This document shows, piece after piece, positions 21,209 through 30,303 of a DNA stretch of 64,000 nucleotides. The notes beneath the pieces are model-generated. The model saw only the letters and a program-made list of their open reading frames with translations, ran no database searches and was not told the DNA's origin. The first letter of the stretch is position 1. Each line of letters starts with the position of its first letter. A program made the translations under genes and the position numbers. The DNA is taken from NCBI GenBank assembly GCA_019058315.1, contig JAHPZH010000005.1, positions 160,001-224,000 on the forward strand. Reading direction: 5' to 3'. This DNA is from Candidatus Helarchaeota archaeon (GTDB taxonomy: Archaea > Asgardarchaeota > Lokiarchaeia > Helarchaeales > RDOG01).

Positions 21209-21907
21209 TTAACCTTTACTCATTGATTTTGCAATTCTATATTTGCATGAGGGAAAATTATCACATTTACATTCAATTTCTTCTACTTGAACATGTAGAG
21301 GGGATATGAATTCATCAATAACACCTTTAAGCAAACCAGCTTGAATCTCGCATATTGACTTAAATTCCTTATTTCCATCACAAATGCAATTTTGAATCTC
21401 TAAAAAAAAGCTATCATTCGAAAGTGGATCTAATTTAACTTCTGCTTTAACATTTGCAATTGGATATGTAATTTCCACAGCGAGAGCTGCTAGCTGCGTG
21501 ATATTTTCGAAACTCAATTCCATTGAATTAAATTGTTTGGAATATAATTGTGCTGCCCCATTTTTTGCCATCTCCAATCCAATTTCCCTAGCGATTTTTT
21601 GATCGTTAAAATATTTTTTAAAAAGAACAGAGTGAAGGAATTGATAAAAAGTAACGCTGTAGATATTTCTATCTTCAAATGCTTTGGATTTGCGAGCAGG
21701 ATAAAATAATTTTGATGTAGGTCCTTTTTCGATTTTGTATATTAAACCTTTTTCTGCCATACCTTCCAAATATTTTGCAGTGGAATTTCTATTAAGTTTA
21801 ATTTTTTTGGCTATTTGTGATATTGTTAATCCCAGATCCTCCTTTTCCAATAAATTGAGGATCTTGATCTGTTGTTTTGAACCACTTTTTTTCAATAGAA
21901 ATCCCAT
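21209..21907 (-). CDS. Winged-HTH transcription regulator with C-terminal V4R domain
   Basis: GLTISQIAKKIKLNRNSTAKYL (HTH); CICDG...CEIQAGLLKG...VEEIEC.....C (V4R). Confidence 0.88.
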   Translation of the reverse strand: MGFLLKKSGSKQQIKILNLLEKEDLGLTISQIAKKIKLNRNSTAKYLEGMAEKGLIYKIEKGPTSKLFYPARKSKAFEDRNIYSVTFYQFLHSVLFKKYFNDQKIAREIGLEMAKNGAAQLYSKQFNSMELSFENITQLAALAVEITYPIANVKAEVKLDPLSNDSFFLEIQNCICDGNKEFKSICEIQAGLLKGVIDEFISPLHVQVEEIECKCDNFPSCKYRIAKSMSKG

Positions 21908-22039
21908 TTAAAAAAATGTTAAATTATTTGATTAAATATCTAATTTCAAGACATTATAAAAAATATATTCTTTATGGATGAAACTTTTTAATCATTATAT
22001 ATTTAGAAACATGATATAATAAAGATCGCATTTAAAAAA

Positions 22040-23521
22040 TTATATAATTTTATCTTGTTTTAGAATTTCAAATAATTCAAGAGCTGACATCGCGGCTAAT
22101 TCAGTTCCTATACCCCAGCCACCAGCATCGGCAGAAGAGAGGTATAATCCTTCAATAGGTGTTTTTTGTGATGGTCTTTTGTGACCTACTTGATCAATAG
22201 TCTGACCAATCCCAGTTCCTGCACCTTCTTTACCCATTCTCTTTTCAAGGTAAACATCAGATACAAAATCGGTAAAAACAATATGTTCTTCAACTTCAGG
22301 CCATAATGATAATAGCGAATTCATGCAAGTCTTCTCCCACTTTTTACTATTAGTTTCACGTTCGGCCATTGTTAGGTTTGCAACTCCAAGTGTAGTGGTT
22401 ACTGTATGAATATTTTGACAACCTTCGGGAGCTAATTTCGGATCATGATTACTCACTGGAACAATTAACAAAGCACTTTTCTCTGGAATTTCTATTTCTT
22501 TACTATCAATAGCAGAACCGTCAAATTTTCCTCTCAAAGTCTCTAGAATTCTCATATCCATCGGTGGGACGTATGTAATCATTTTTTGGTCAGTTATTAT
22601 AGTATCTAAAGATATTTTTTGGCTGCATACTTGCCCGCCCCAAATTAAGCCTTTAATACGTTCAGTATATGCTTTATTAAAATTCTTTTCCCCCGCTAAT
22701 TTAAGGATTGTTGTTTTAATATCTGCATTTGAGATCACAATATCCGCTGGATAGAATTTATTATCAGGACCAGCCTCAATTCCTTTAGCCTTTCCATCTT
22801 CAATAACTATTTTATTTACCGTTCCCTCTTCACCTATAATGATTTTTCCTCCAGAACTTTCAATAGCCCTACAATAAGCTTCGGGAACGGCACCACAACC
22901 ACCAATTGGATAGCCCATCGAACGATTCATGCCATTAAGGCGGACACAACGAACAAATTCTCCCGCAGAAGTAATATCTGGAGCAGTGCCAAACATGACT
23001 CCACCTTGCATCATGTACATCATTTTTGTCATTGCGTATCTTGAACTATCAGGAATAACTTCATTTAAATAATCTATTAGCCTAACTTCATCTAATTTTT
23101 TTATTTCTTCAGGGGTCATTTCAATAAATTTTTGCATAATTTCTTTTCCAGGTGCGGGTTTTTTACTTTTAGTTGGTCTATCCCGTTTCTTCTTGCCTTT
23201 TTTTCTTTGACCGGAATAGGAAATCCAATTACCCATAATATTAATTCTTGGTCCTGGATTAACTGTGTGGCTCCATTCTACCGTTTGACCACATCTGTCT
23301 AGTATTTCGCCTAATGGACCTTTCTCACAATTGCTAATAATATGGCAACCAATGTCCATACGCCAAGTTCTTCCTTGTTCATCTTTTTTATTATATGATG
23401 CACAACGTCCTCCAAGGATCGTGTTTTGTTCAAATAAAATAATATCTGATTTACTTTCTTTACTAAGTAAAGCTCCAATACCTGAACCACCTATCCCGCT
23501 ACCAATTATTATGACTTTCAT
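22040..23521 (-). CDS. Phytoene desaturase/COG1233-like FAD oxidoreductase (paralog 2)
   Basis: VIIIGSGIGG, LGGRC, DIGCH, YPIGG, VISNAD, TPIEGLY; close paralog of 10914-12377. Confidence 0.88.
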   Translation of the reverse strand: MKVIIIGSGIGGSGIGALLSKESKSDIILFEQNTILGGRCASYNKKDEQGRTWRMDIGCHIISNCEKGPLGEILDRCGQTVEWSHTVNPGPRINIMGNWISYSGQRKKGKKKRDRPTKSKKPAPGKEIMQKFIEMTPEEIKKLDEVRLIDYLNEVIPDSSRYAMTKMMYMMQGGVMFGTAPDITSAGEFVRCVRLNGMNRSMGYPIGGCGAVPEAYCRAIESSGGKIIIGEEGTVNKIVIEDGKAKGIEAGPDNKFYPADIVISNADIKTTILKLAGEKNFNKAYTERIKGLIWGGQVCSQKISLDTIITDQKMITYVPPMDMRILETLRGKFDGSAIDSKEIEIPEKSALLIVPVSNHDPKLAPEGCQNIHTVTTTLGVANLTMAERETNSKKWEKTCMNSLLSLWPEVEEHIVFTDFVSDVYLEKRMGKEGAGTGIGQTIDQVGHKRPSQKTPIEGLYLSSADAGGWGIGTELAAMSALELFEILKQDKII

Positions 23522-23584
23522 TTTTTATATCTCTGTTTTCAAATTATATTTTAAAATTTAATTATCTAGTAGAAGAGTACATTA

Positions 23585-23600
23585 ATATCTAGTTAGATAT
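23585..23600. promoter_or_regulatory. Candidate operator ATATCTA-GT-TAGATAT in a divergent intergenic region
   Basis: 7-bp inverted repeat between the desaturase (-) and acyl-CoA dehydrogenase (+); AT-rich, so chance occurrence is possible. Confidence 0.3.
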
Positions 23601-23643
23601 AATTGTTCTTTATATTCCATGTATTATTCAAAAGGGTGTAAAT

Positions 23644-24786
23644 ATGGAAGATTTGTTTTTTTCTGACAAAGAAATACGGTTACAAAAAGAAATTCGAGGA
23701 TTTCTAAAAAAAGAATTAGAACCAATAAAAGAGAATATTAACAAGAATGATGAAATCCCTCTTGAATTAATTAGAAAAATCGGGGCAAAGGGGTATTTTG
23801 GTCCATTGATTTCCAAAGAATATGGGGGTTCAGAATTAGGAATGATAAGTCACATGATCATCACTGAAGAAATTTCCAGATTAAATGTTGCCGTATCAGT
23901 TACACGGACTCCATGTATTTTAGATGGAATAACGCTATTTAGATACGGAACGAAGGAGCAAAAAGAAAAATATTTATCAGTCATAGCCAGAGCTGAAAAA
24001 ATTTGTGCAATTTGCATTACTGAAAAAGGAGCGGGAACAGATGTGGCAGGGATTCAAACAATAGCTGAAAAAAAGGGAGGAGAATATGTAATTAACGGAT
24101 CTAAGAGATTTATTACAAACGCAGGTTTAGCAGATTACTACTTTGTTTGGGCTTTAACCGATCAGAAAGTCAACCCCCGTGATGGACTTAGTATTTTTTT
24201 GGTGGAAAAAGATACTCCAGGCTTTATAACAGATAATCCATACGGATTAATGGGTTTAAGGGGAGTTAAAAATGGAACTCTTGAATTTGAAAATGTTTAT
24301 GTTCCTAAAGAAAATCTTATTGGAGAAGAGGGGAAAGGGTTCCAAATGTTAATGAAGACTTTTAATGTTGAGAGATTAACTCTAAGTTCTGAATGTAATG
24401 GCATATCACTAGCTGCATTTGAGGATTCAAAGAAATACGTCAGAGAAAGGATTCAGTTCGGAAAAAAAATCGCGACATTTCAAGCAATTCGTCTAAAAAT
24501 TGCTAAAATGGCAACAGAAATCCGTGCTGCAAGACTTTTAACTTACAGTTCTGCAAGACTCTGGGATTTAGGAAAAGAAGTAACCAAAGAAGCGTCCATG
24601 TCCAAAGCTTTTTCAAGTAAAACTGCTGTTGAAACTACAACCGAAGCAGTTCAAGTTCATGGCGGAGATGGATATACCGATGTTTACCCCGTAGAACGAT
24701 ATATGAGAGATGCGAAATTCTTTCAAATTGGCGGAGGAACTAGTGAGATACAAAATTTAATTATTGCTAGAGAAGAACTTAAATGA
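23644..24786 (+). CDS. Acyl-CoA dehydrogenase
   Basis: ITEKGAGTD, INGSKRFITN, RIQFGKKI, QVHGGDGY, ERYMRDAK, IGGGTSEIQ. Confidence 0.95.
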   Translation: MEDLFFSDKEIRLQKEIRGFLKKELEPIKENINKNDEIPLELIRKIGAKGYFGPLISKEYGGSELGMISHMIITEEISRLNVAVSVTRTPCILDGITLFRYGTKEQKEKYLSVIARAEKICAICITEKGAGTDVAGIQTIAEKKGGEYVINGSKRFITNAGLADYYFVWALTDQKVNPRDGLSIFLVEKDTPGFITDNPYGLMGLRGVKNGTLEFENVYVPKENLIGEEGKGFQMLMKTFNVERLTLSSECNGISLAAFEDSKKYVRERIQFGKKIATFQAIRLKIAKMATEIRAARLLTYSSARLWDLGKEVTKEASMSKAFSSKTAVETTTEAVQVHGGDGYTDVYPVERYMRDAKFFQIGGGTSEIQNLIIAREELK

Positions 24787-24831
24787 ATTGGGTAAAAAAT
24801 CTTTAATATAAAAAAAAAATTATAATTTAGA

Positions 24832-25764
24832 TCACTTCTTTTTAACGACAATTACTATCACAATAGTAATACCGATTATAACAGCAACAGCAATTCCTAT
24901 GATAAGTCCTGTGTTTGCTCCACTTTCCATGGTCATCAAGGCTAATAGTACTAATGGAAGTAAATTAGTGCCACCAGCATTTTTTGTAAGGTTCATTTCC
25001 CAAACCAGAACCCAACCTCCACTGTATGTATACCATCGACTACAATTTACAATTCCTCTATTATTGATAACTAATTCTTTCATGTGGTCTCCATTAGTCA
25101 TTCCATCCCATACTCTCCAGATTCCTTCAACATTTGGAGATGCAGGATTGCTTTGTGAAACTCCAGATCCGCCACCGCCATGATGTAACATTATTCCCCA
25201 CGTCGTATTTACAATTGTATGATTAGTATGCGTCCAGTTCATAGGAACACAAAACGGAAGAAAATATGTTAGTAAATATCCAGGTGTTATATTTACGTAG
25301 AAGTTATAAAGACCTTGACAATTTGAAATGCCACTCTGTTCCCATTGTCTAAATGAAGAATTATACGCACTTATGACCCAAGGAAGACTTACTCCCATAA
25401 ATTCACTAGTGAGTAAGCTCCAACCAGATGATTGATTATAATAATATACTAACGCCGTTATTAAATCTGCATACCAAAGCCAACCAGTCTCATCATATAA
25501 CAAAAAAGCCCAAGAGTTATATCCATAAGTATACTTAAAATACACTTTATCACAGCTATTCATAGGAATAGATCCAAATAAACTATTACCACCAACAGTA
25601 CAATTATATAGATAATTTCTGATTGTAGAAGAATTAAATCCATTACCCCCTTCTTGCCAAGGTGGTGGTGGTATTTGGGCGGATATTGATTGAATAGGAA
25701 GAAGGAATAGCATTGATGCAATCAAAGTAACTAACAGAGGTAGAAATAAATTATTTTTTTTCAT
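24832..25764 (-). CDS. Secreted, C-terminally membrane-anchored (likely glycosylated) surface protein
   Basis: Signal peptide MKKNNLFLPLLV...; many NxS/T sequons; C-terminal GGTNLL, hydrophobic stretch, TM and KKK. Confidence 0.8.
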   Translation of the reverse strand: MKKNNLFLPLLVTLIASMLFLLPIQSISAQIPPPPWQEGGNGFNSSTIRNYLYNCTVGGNSLFGSIPMNSCDKVYFKYTYGYNSWAFLLYDETGWLWYADLITALVYYYNQSSGWSLLTSEFMGVSLPWVISAYNSSFRQWEQSGISNCQGLYNFYVNITPGYLLTYFLPFCVPMNWTHTNHTIVNTTWGIMLHHGGGGSGVSQSNPASPNVEGIWRVWDGMTNGDHMKELVINNRGIVNCSRWYTYSGGWVLVWEMNLTKNAGGTNLLPLVLLALMTMESGANTGLIIGIAVAVIIGITIVIVIVVKKK

Positions 25765-25978
25765 AGTTTTCCCTACCTATAATATGAACTATTAAAATTC
25801 TATATAAAAAATTTTATATAAAAATTTATTCGAAAATCTAGTTTTTTTATGAAAACAAACTAATATCTATAAGAAATATTACATTCAAACTTACTGGAAA
25901 CAGATTTCCAATAATAGAATTAATACAAAATAAAAAATGAAATAAATTATTTTTTTTATCATTTTGTCCCAATATTAT

Positions 25979-26049
25979 ACTGGAATAAGGAGCGCATCCC
26001 TATCAATAATACATTAAATTTTTTTGTATTATTTCATTTTTCTTCCAGT
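25979..26049 (-). promoter_or_regulatory. Eukaryote-like SECIS element in the 3' UTR
   Basis: Minus strand: ACTGGAA GAAAA ATGA AATAATACA AAAAAATTTAA TGTATTATT GA TAGGGATGCGCTCCTTA TTCCAGT. This gives helix 1 (ACTGGAA/TTCCAGT), an AUGA/GA core, a perfect 9-bp helix 2 and an A-rich apical loop. Begins 1 nt after the TAG stop. Confidence 0.85.
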
Positions 26050-26050
26050 T

Positions 26051-26374
26051 CTATTTTAAATCACCGATTATTAGATAACCTCTTCCTTCATCTATTTTTC
26101 CATCAATTATTATTTTTTCTGCCATAAATAGAAAATATGCTGCATCTTCATCTACAAAAACTTGCAATCCATTTATAGTTCCTAATAATTCTAACTCATT
26201 CAATCTTGATGTATCCTCAAAATGGATCGATGTCCAGTGTGCTCTTTGAGTAGTACATCAAGAAAACCGCTCAAATTCTGTTATCACCAATATTTCATTA
26301 TTTTCTTTATTGTTTTTTAGTCGTTCAGTGATCACACGTTTGGCAAGGTCTGTCAACTCAATCTTTATAGTCAT
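26051..26374 (-). CDS. HesB/IscA-like selenoprotein (107 aa; TGA at 26258-26260 read as Sec39)
   Basis: MTIKIELTDLAKRVITERLKNNKENNEILVITEFERFS-U-CTTQRAHWTSIHFEDTSRLNELELLGTINGLQVFVDEDAAYFLFMAEKIIIDGKIDEGRGYLIIGDLK*. The frame stays open for 68 codons after the TGA and a SECIS follows. Confidence 0.85.
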
Positions 26375-26456
26375 TCTAATTCAACTTTATATTCTTATCT
26401 TGTTAATACTCATTACTATTTAATAAAAACGATTTTGTAAAAATAAAAATTAGATT

Positions 26457-26744
26457 TTAATCTTTTATACCAGGTCCTTTAATAACACCTTCATGGTCAT
26501 CATAAGGGATTTGACGAATTAACGCCCAATTTTTTACTGCTCTGGAGTAAATTCGAACATCCTTAATATCGTCATATGCTCCGAAATAAACTACAACACT
26601 ACAATCTTTATCTTTGGTCTTGAATTTTCCAGCAATTTTTTTGATGAAAATTGGTTCATCTTCTATATCCATTTGAATTTTAGAATTCTTAGATAATAAT
26701 TCAATTGCAAGATCAATACCTGTCTTAATATCATCTTCTTTCAT
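26457..26744 (-). CDS. Small hypothetical protein, tandem paralog of 26760-27026
   Basis: Shared MK..DI..GI, NSK...D and F..K..GKF pattern; GGAG upstream. Confidence 0.75.
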   Translation of the reverse strand: MKEDDIKTGIDLAIELLSKNSKIQMDIEDEPIFIKKIAGKFKTKDKDCSVVVYFGAYDDIKDVRIYSRAVKNWALIRQIPYDDHEGVIKGPGIKD

Positions 26745-26759
26745 ACAACATTCGCTCCA

Positions 26760-27026
26760 TTAACTAACTTCTCCCAAATCTTCTACTTTGATATTTCTTT
26801 TTTGCGCTCCTTTTATAACCATTTTTTCTAATAAAGCTATTTTCTCGGGATCTTCCGAAATTAAAACATACCCCAGAATACTGCGCACTTCATTATTGGA
26901 ATCCAAGAATTTTCCGTCCAATTTTCTCATAAAGCATATATCTTCCTTATAATCTATTTTTGTTTTGGAATTTTTTAGCGTTTCTACGAATATTTCTATT
27001 CCTTTTTCGATATCTTGTTTTTTCAT
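26760..27026 (-). CDS. Small hypothetical protein, tandem paralog of 26457-26744
   Basis: Same N-terminal pattern; 15-nt gap to its partner. Confidence 0.75.
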   Translation of the reverse strand: MKKQDIEKGIEIFVETLKNSKTKIDYKEDICFMRKLDGKFLDSNNEVRSILGYVLISEDPEKIALLEKMVIKGAQKRNIKVEDLGEVS

Positions 27027-27142
27027 ATGATTAAACCCTTAATAATGTGGAATAAAATATTGAAATTCTATCCAATTAATCTATTCTTTATATTAACCTA
27101 ACTCCCTTATAAATTATAATTGAAAAAAATATACCTTTAGAA

Positions 27143-28633
27143 TTATTTTGATAATTTTTCAAAAAGAATTAAAGCACTATCTGCAGCAAGTTCCGCTCCA
27201 ATTCCGTGCATGCCAGTATCGGCTCCAACAACATAAAGATTTTTTATTGGGAGCTCCATTGGGGGTCTAAATTTTCCAACTTGATCTACAGTTTGCCCTA
27301 TTCCTATAACATTACCACCTTGTCCTGCAAATTTTTCAATTTCGGCGGGAGTCGTTATCTCCTTCCACATTACATGGTCTTCCATTTGTGGGAATATGTC
27401 CAATAACCCATTGTAAATTGCATCTGCCCATTTATCATAATCGCAATTACCTTCAGATGGGTTAGCTGGAACACCAGAACCTCCAAAAATTAATTGCTTT
27501 CCTTCAGGAGCCGATGTTGGGTCGAGATTAGATACGACAGGAACCATAATCATATAATGCTTTTCGGGAATATAGTTTTGAAAAGCTTCAGATTTTAAAA
27601 TTTCACCCACCGAAATTCTGGACATTATTTCATCAGTTTTAATTTCTCCACTCATTATTTTAGAAACAATTTCTTGATCAATACCAAATTCCTTACCGAA
27701 TTGTTCTACAGCTCTTGGCAAATCATCAAAATTAACATACATAAACATATTTTCTTCCGTAATTTTCTCATCGAGGGCAACTTTAACCATTAAAGTTGCT
27801 GCAGAAAACGAATAATTTTTTACTTTTTGAACAAAATCCTTTGAAAAATATTTTTCTCCGACTAAATTCAAAGTGGTCGCTTTAAGTCCAGCATTTGAAA
27901 TTACTATATCGGATTCTATAAATTCTCCATCATCTAATTCAACGCCAGTCGCTTTATTTTTTTCAACAATTATTTTCTTTACTTTTGTTTCTGTTTTTAC
28001 TTTACCTTTATCTTGGACTATAGAGTCACAATATGCACTAGGAATAGCAATACAACCACCTGTTGGATATCCACTACTTCTATTATTCATCATCTCTTTT
28101 TGACAAATAATGAATTCGCCAGTGCTAGTGGCTTGTTGAGTAACAAAATAGAGCCCACAAAAATAGGAAATTAGTGCTTGTGCCTTTGGATCATCAGTGT
28201 AACGTCCAACAAATTCATCAATGGGAACGTACATTAATTTCTCAATTTCCTCATCTGAAAATTTCAATACATCACTATATAATTTAATAAAATTGCCAAG
28301 ATCTTTACTACTGAAATTTAGTTTCCCAACATCCCGAGGAAACTTAATGATTTGACCATTAAAATGAAATTTTGGAAGTGGTCGGCAGTAATTCCATTTA
28401 ATGGAATTATTTTCAATGATTTGTGCTATTTTACCTAATCTACCCTTATCGCAGTTTGCTATTAAATGGCAACCTACATCTAGTTTAAAACCCTCCTTTT
28501 CATAGGTAGATAATCTTCCGCCTACAAGTGAATTTTTCTCGAATAACGTCACATCAAAACCGGAATGTTGTAATAATGCGCCCACTCCACTACCACCTAC
28601 GCCAGAGCCTATAATATTAACTTTTGTTTTCAT
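27143..28633 (-). CDS. Phytoene desaturase/COG1233-like FAD oxidoreductase (paralog 3)
   Basis: IIGSGVGG, VGGR, DVGCH, YPTGG, VISNAG, DPTSAPEGKQL, LPIKNLYVVG. Confidence 0.88.
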   Translation of the reverse strand: MKTKVNIIGSGVGGSGVGALLQHSGFDVTLFEKNSLVGGRLSTYEKEGFKLDVGCHLIANCDKGRLGKIAQIIENNSIKWNYCRPLPKFHFNGQIIKFPRDVGKLNFSSKDLGNFIKLYSDVLKFSDEEIEKLMYVPIDEFVGRYTDDPKAQALISYFCGLYFVTQQATSTGEFIICQKEMMNNRSSGYPTGGCIAIPSAYCDSIVQDKGKVKTETKVKKIIVEKNKATGVELDDGEFIESDIVISNAGLKATTLNLVGEKYFSKDFVQKVKNYSFSAATLMVKVALDEKITEENMFMYVNFDDLPRAVEQFGKEFGIDQEIVSKIMSGEIKTDEIMSRISVGEILKSEAFQNYIPEKHYMIMVPVVSNLDPTSAPEGKQLIFGGSGVPANPSEGNCDYDKWADAIYNGLLDIFPQMEDHVMWKEITTPAEIEKFAGQGGNVIGIGQTVDQVGKFRPPMELPIKNLYVVGADTGMHGIGAELAADSALILFEKLSK

Positions 28634-28743
28634 CTTTTCATCCTCTAGTAAAGCAAAAATGAAGAAATTAAAGAATTTTTACATATTTATCAATCTTGTA
28701 ATAATTTCAAAAATATTAATTTTGAAAAATAGTAGCTAAAAGT

Positions 28744-30090
28744 TTAATGTTGTGGTTTTTGGGAAGGTTTAGCTTCGTGATGAAAGACAATAGGTTTAAA
28801 AGACATTGAGAAGGCAGTTATTGCTAATATTGTAGCTACCATAGCGAACCAGGATGAGCCGAAGGTTCCGAGGATAAAACTTCCTAATAATGGACCTGTA
28901 ATTTGTGCAAGATTGTCTAGTGAAGTGTTTAAACCACCCATTTTTCCTTGTTCCTTTGGGCTTACGGATCTGCTTTGAAATGAAATTAATACACCTCTTG
29001 TACATGAAGCAGCATAGCTCACAAGCAAAAGAACCAGAAGGAAACCAATAAAATTCTGAACGAATACCAATGCAAAAAAGGCTATAACAAAACAAGTTAA
29101 ACCAATTTGAGATGTTCGTTTATCACCAAATTTCTTTAATGTAGGTTCAAAAATGTAAAAACGAATAATTAAACGAGCAACACCTGAAAGAGACATATAA
29201 AAGCCTATTTCGTCTGGACCCATATTCAATTTTATATCAGCAAAAAGTGAAATATTTGAAATAAAGACCATAAAAGATATTGTGTGAAAAGCCCATTGTA
29301 TAAGCAAGAACATAGCTAGCCCATTTTTCCATATTGGCTGGTTTTTTGTTTCTAATTTTATTGAAGTTGGCTTGATGGGGATATTTTGAAATCCCTTTTC
29401 CTTTTTGGGCTCCGATTGGGTTTTTACAGGTGCTGATTCTTTTAGATATAAAAATGTAACAATTATTGTAATGAGAGAAAGACATGCAGAAAATAATCCA
29501 GGAGCTATAATGCCCCATCTAGTATAAAGAAATCCTCCTAATGCAGGTCCAAATAAAGATGCAAGAACATGCGCTACACCTACATTAGTCATTTGGGAAG
29601 CACGATGTTTAGGTGGAACAACATCTCCAATTACAGCTTTTGCTATAGGGAAGTTTCCGCCGAAAATTCCATCAATAATTCGACTAATTAATACCATTTC
29701 ATAACTAGTTGAAAAAGCTAACATTACAAATGCAGCTAATGTCCCAAATTGACTAATTAACAATAAAGGTCTTCTTCCATATTTGTCACTTAAACTCCCT
29801 AAAATTGGACCGAAAAAGAATCCAAAAACTGCATTCGTTGAAAGAGCCATGCCAACCATCAAAGCCACAGTTGGAGAATAAGGAAATAAATCAAAGATCG
29901 GTTGTAGTTCAGGTATAGGTAGGTTTAATTCTTTAATAAAAAATGGAAGAAATGGAATAATGAGGGTAAAACCTAAAATATCTATAAAAACAGCTATCCA
30001 TAAGGGAAATAGACCTGGAAATTTTATTTTTGCTATCTTAAGATCGAGTGGTTTTATGTCAGTTATTTCATCATTCATAAATAATACCAA
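28744..30090 (-). CDS. MFS transporter (TetA/DHA1-like)
   Basis: GSLSDKYGRRPLLL (motif A), RIIDG, GPALGG. Confidence 0.92.
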   Translation of the reverse strand: MVLFMNDEITDIKPLDLKIAKIKFPGLFPLWIAVFIDILGFTLIIPFLPFFIKELNLPIPELQPIFDLFPYSPTVALMVGMALSTNAVFGFFFGPILGSLSDKYGRRPLLLISQFGTLAAFVMLAFSTSYEMVLISRIIDGIFGGNFPIAKAVIGDVVPPKHRASQMTNVGVAHVLASLFGPALGGFLYTRWGIIAPGLFSACLSLITIIVTFLYLKESAPVKTQSEPKKEKGFQNIPIKPTSIKLETKNQPIWKNGLAMFLLIQWAFHTISFMVFISNISLFADIKLNMGPDEIGFYMSLSGVARLIIRFYIFEPTLKKFGDKRTSQIGLTCFVIAFFALVFVQNFIGFLLVLLLVSYAASCTRGVLISFQSRSVSPKEQGKMGGLNTSLDNLAQITGPLLGSFILGTFGSSWFAMVATILAITAFSMSFKPIVFHHEAKPSQKPQH

Positions 30091-30303
30091 ATTTTGAGAA
30101 ATTATGATTTATTGAAGTTCGAGAAGGATAATAAAACAAGGTAATTTTTTATAAAACTTTTATCTTTGAAAACAGACTCAAATTTATTGGTGTATCAATT
30201 AAATTATTTTATATCTTCAAAGTTTAAATTAAAATTAAATTATTTTGCACTTAAATAAGGATAACTCATCATAACAGATTTATCAAACAACGGGAGTTTA
30301 TAG

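Noticed and set aside
25930-25968. Second hairpin downstream of the SECIS (minus strand AAAATGA...TCATTTT) as another SECIS
   Set aside because: The ATGA is Watson-Crick paired and there is no opposing GA. It is followed by T runs, so it is more likely terminator-like or chance.
10914-28633. Assigning crtI/crtC gene symbols and calling a carotenoid biosynthesis cluster
   Set aside because: Only family-level motifs are visible, and there is no phytoene synthase or cyclase in the window.
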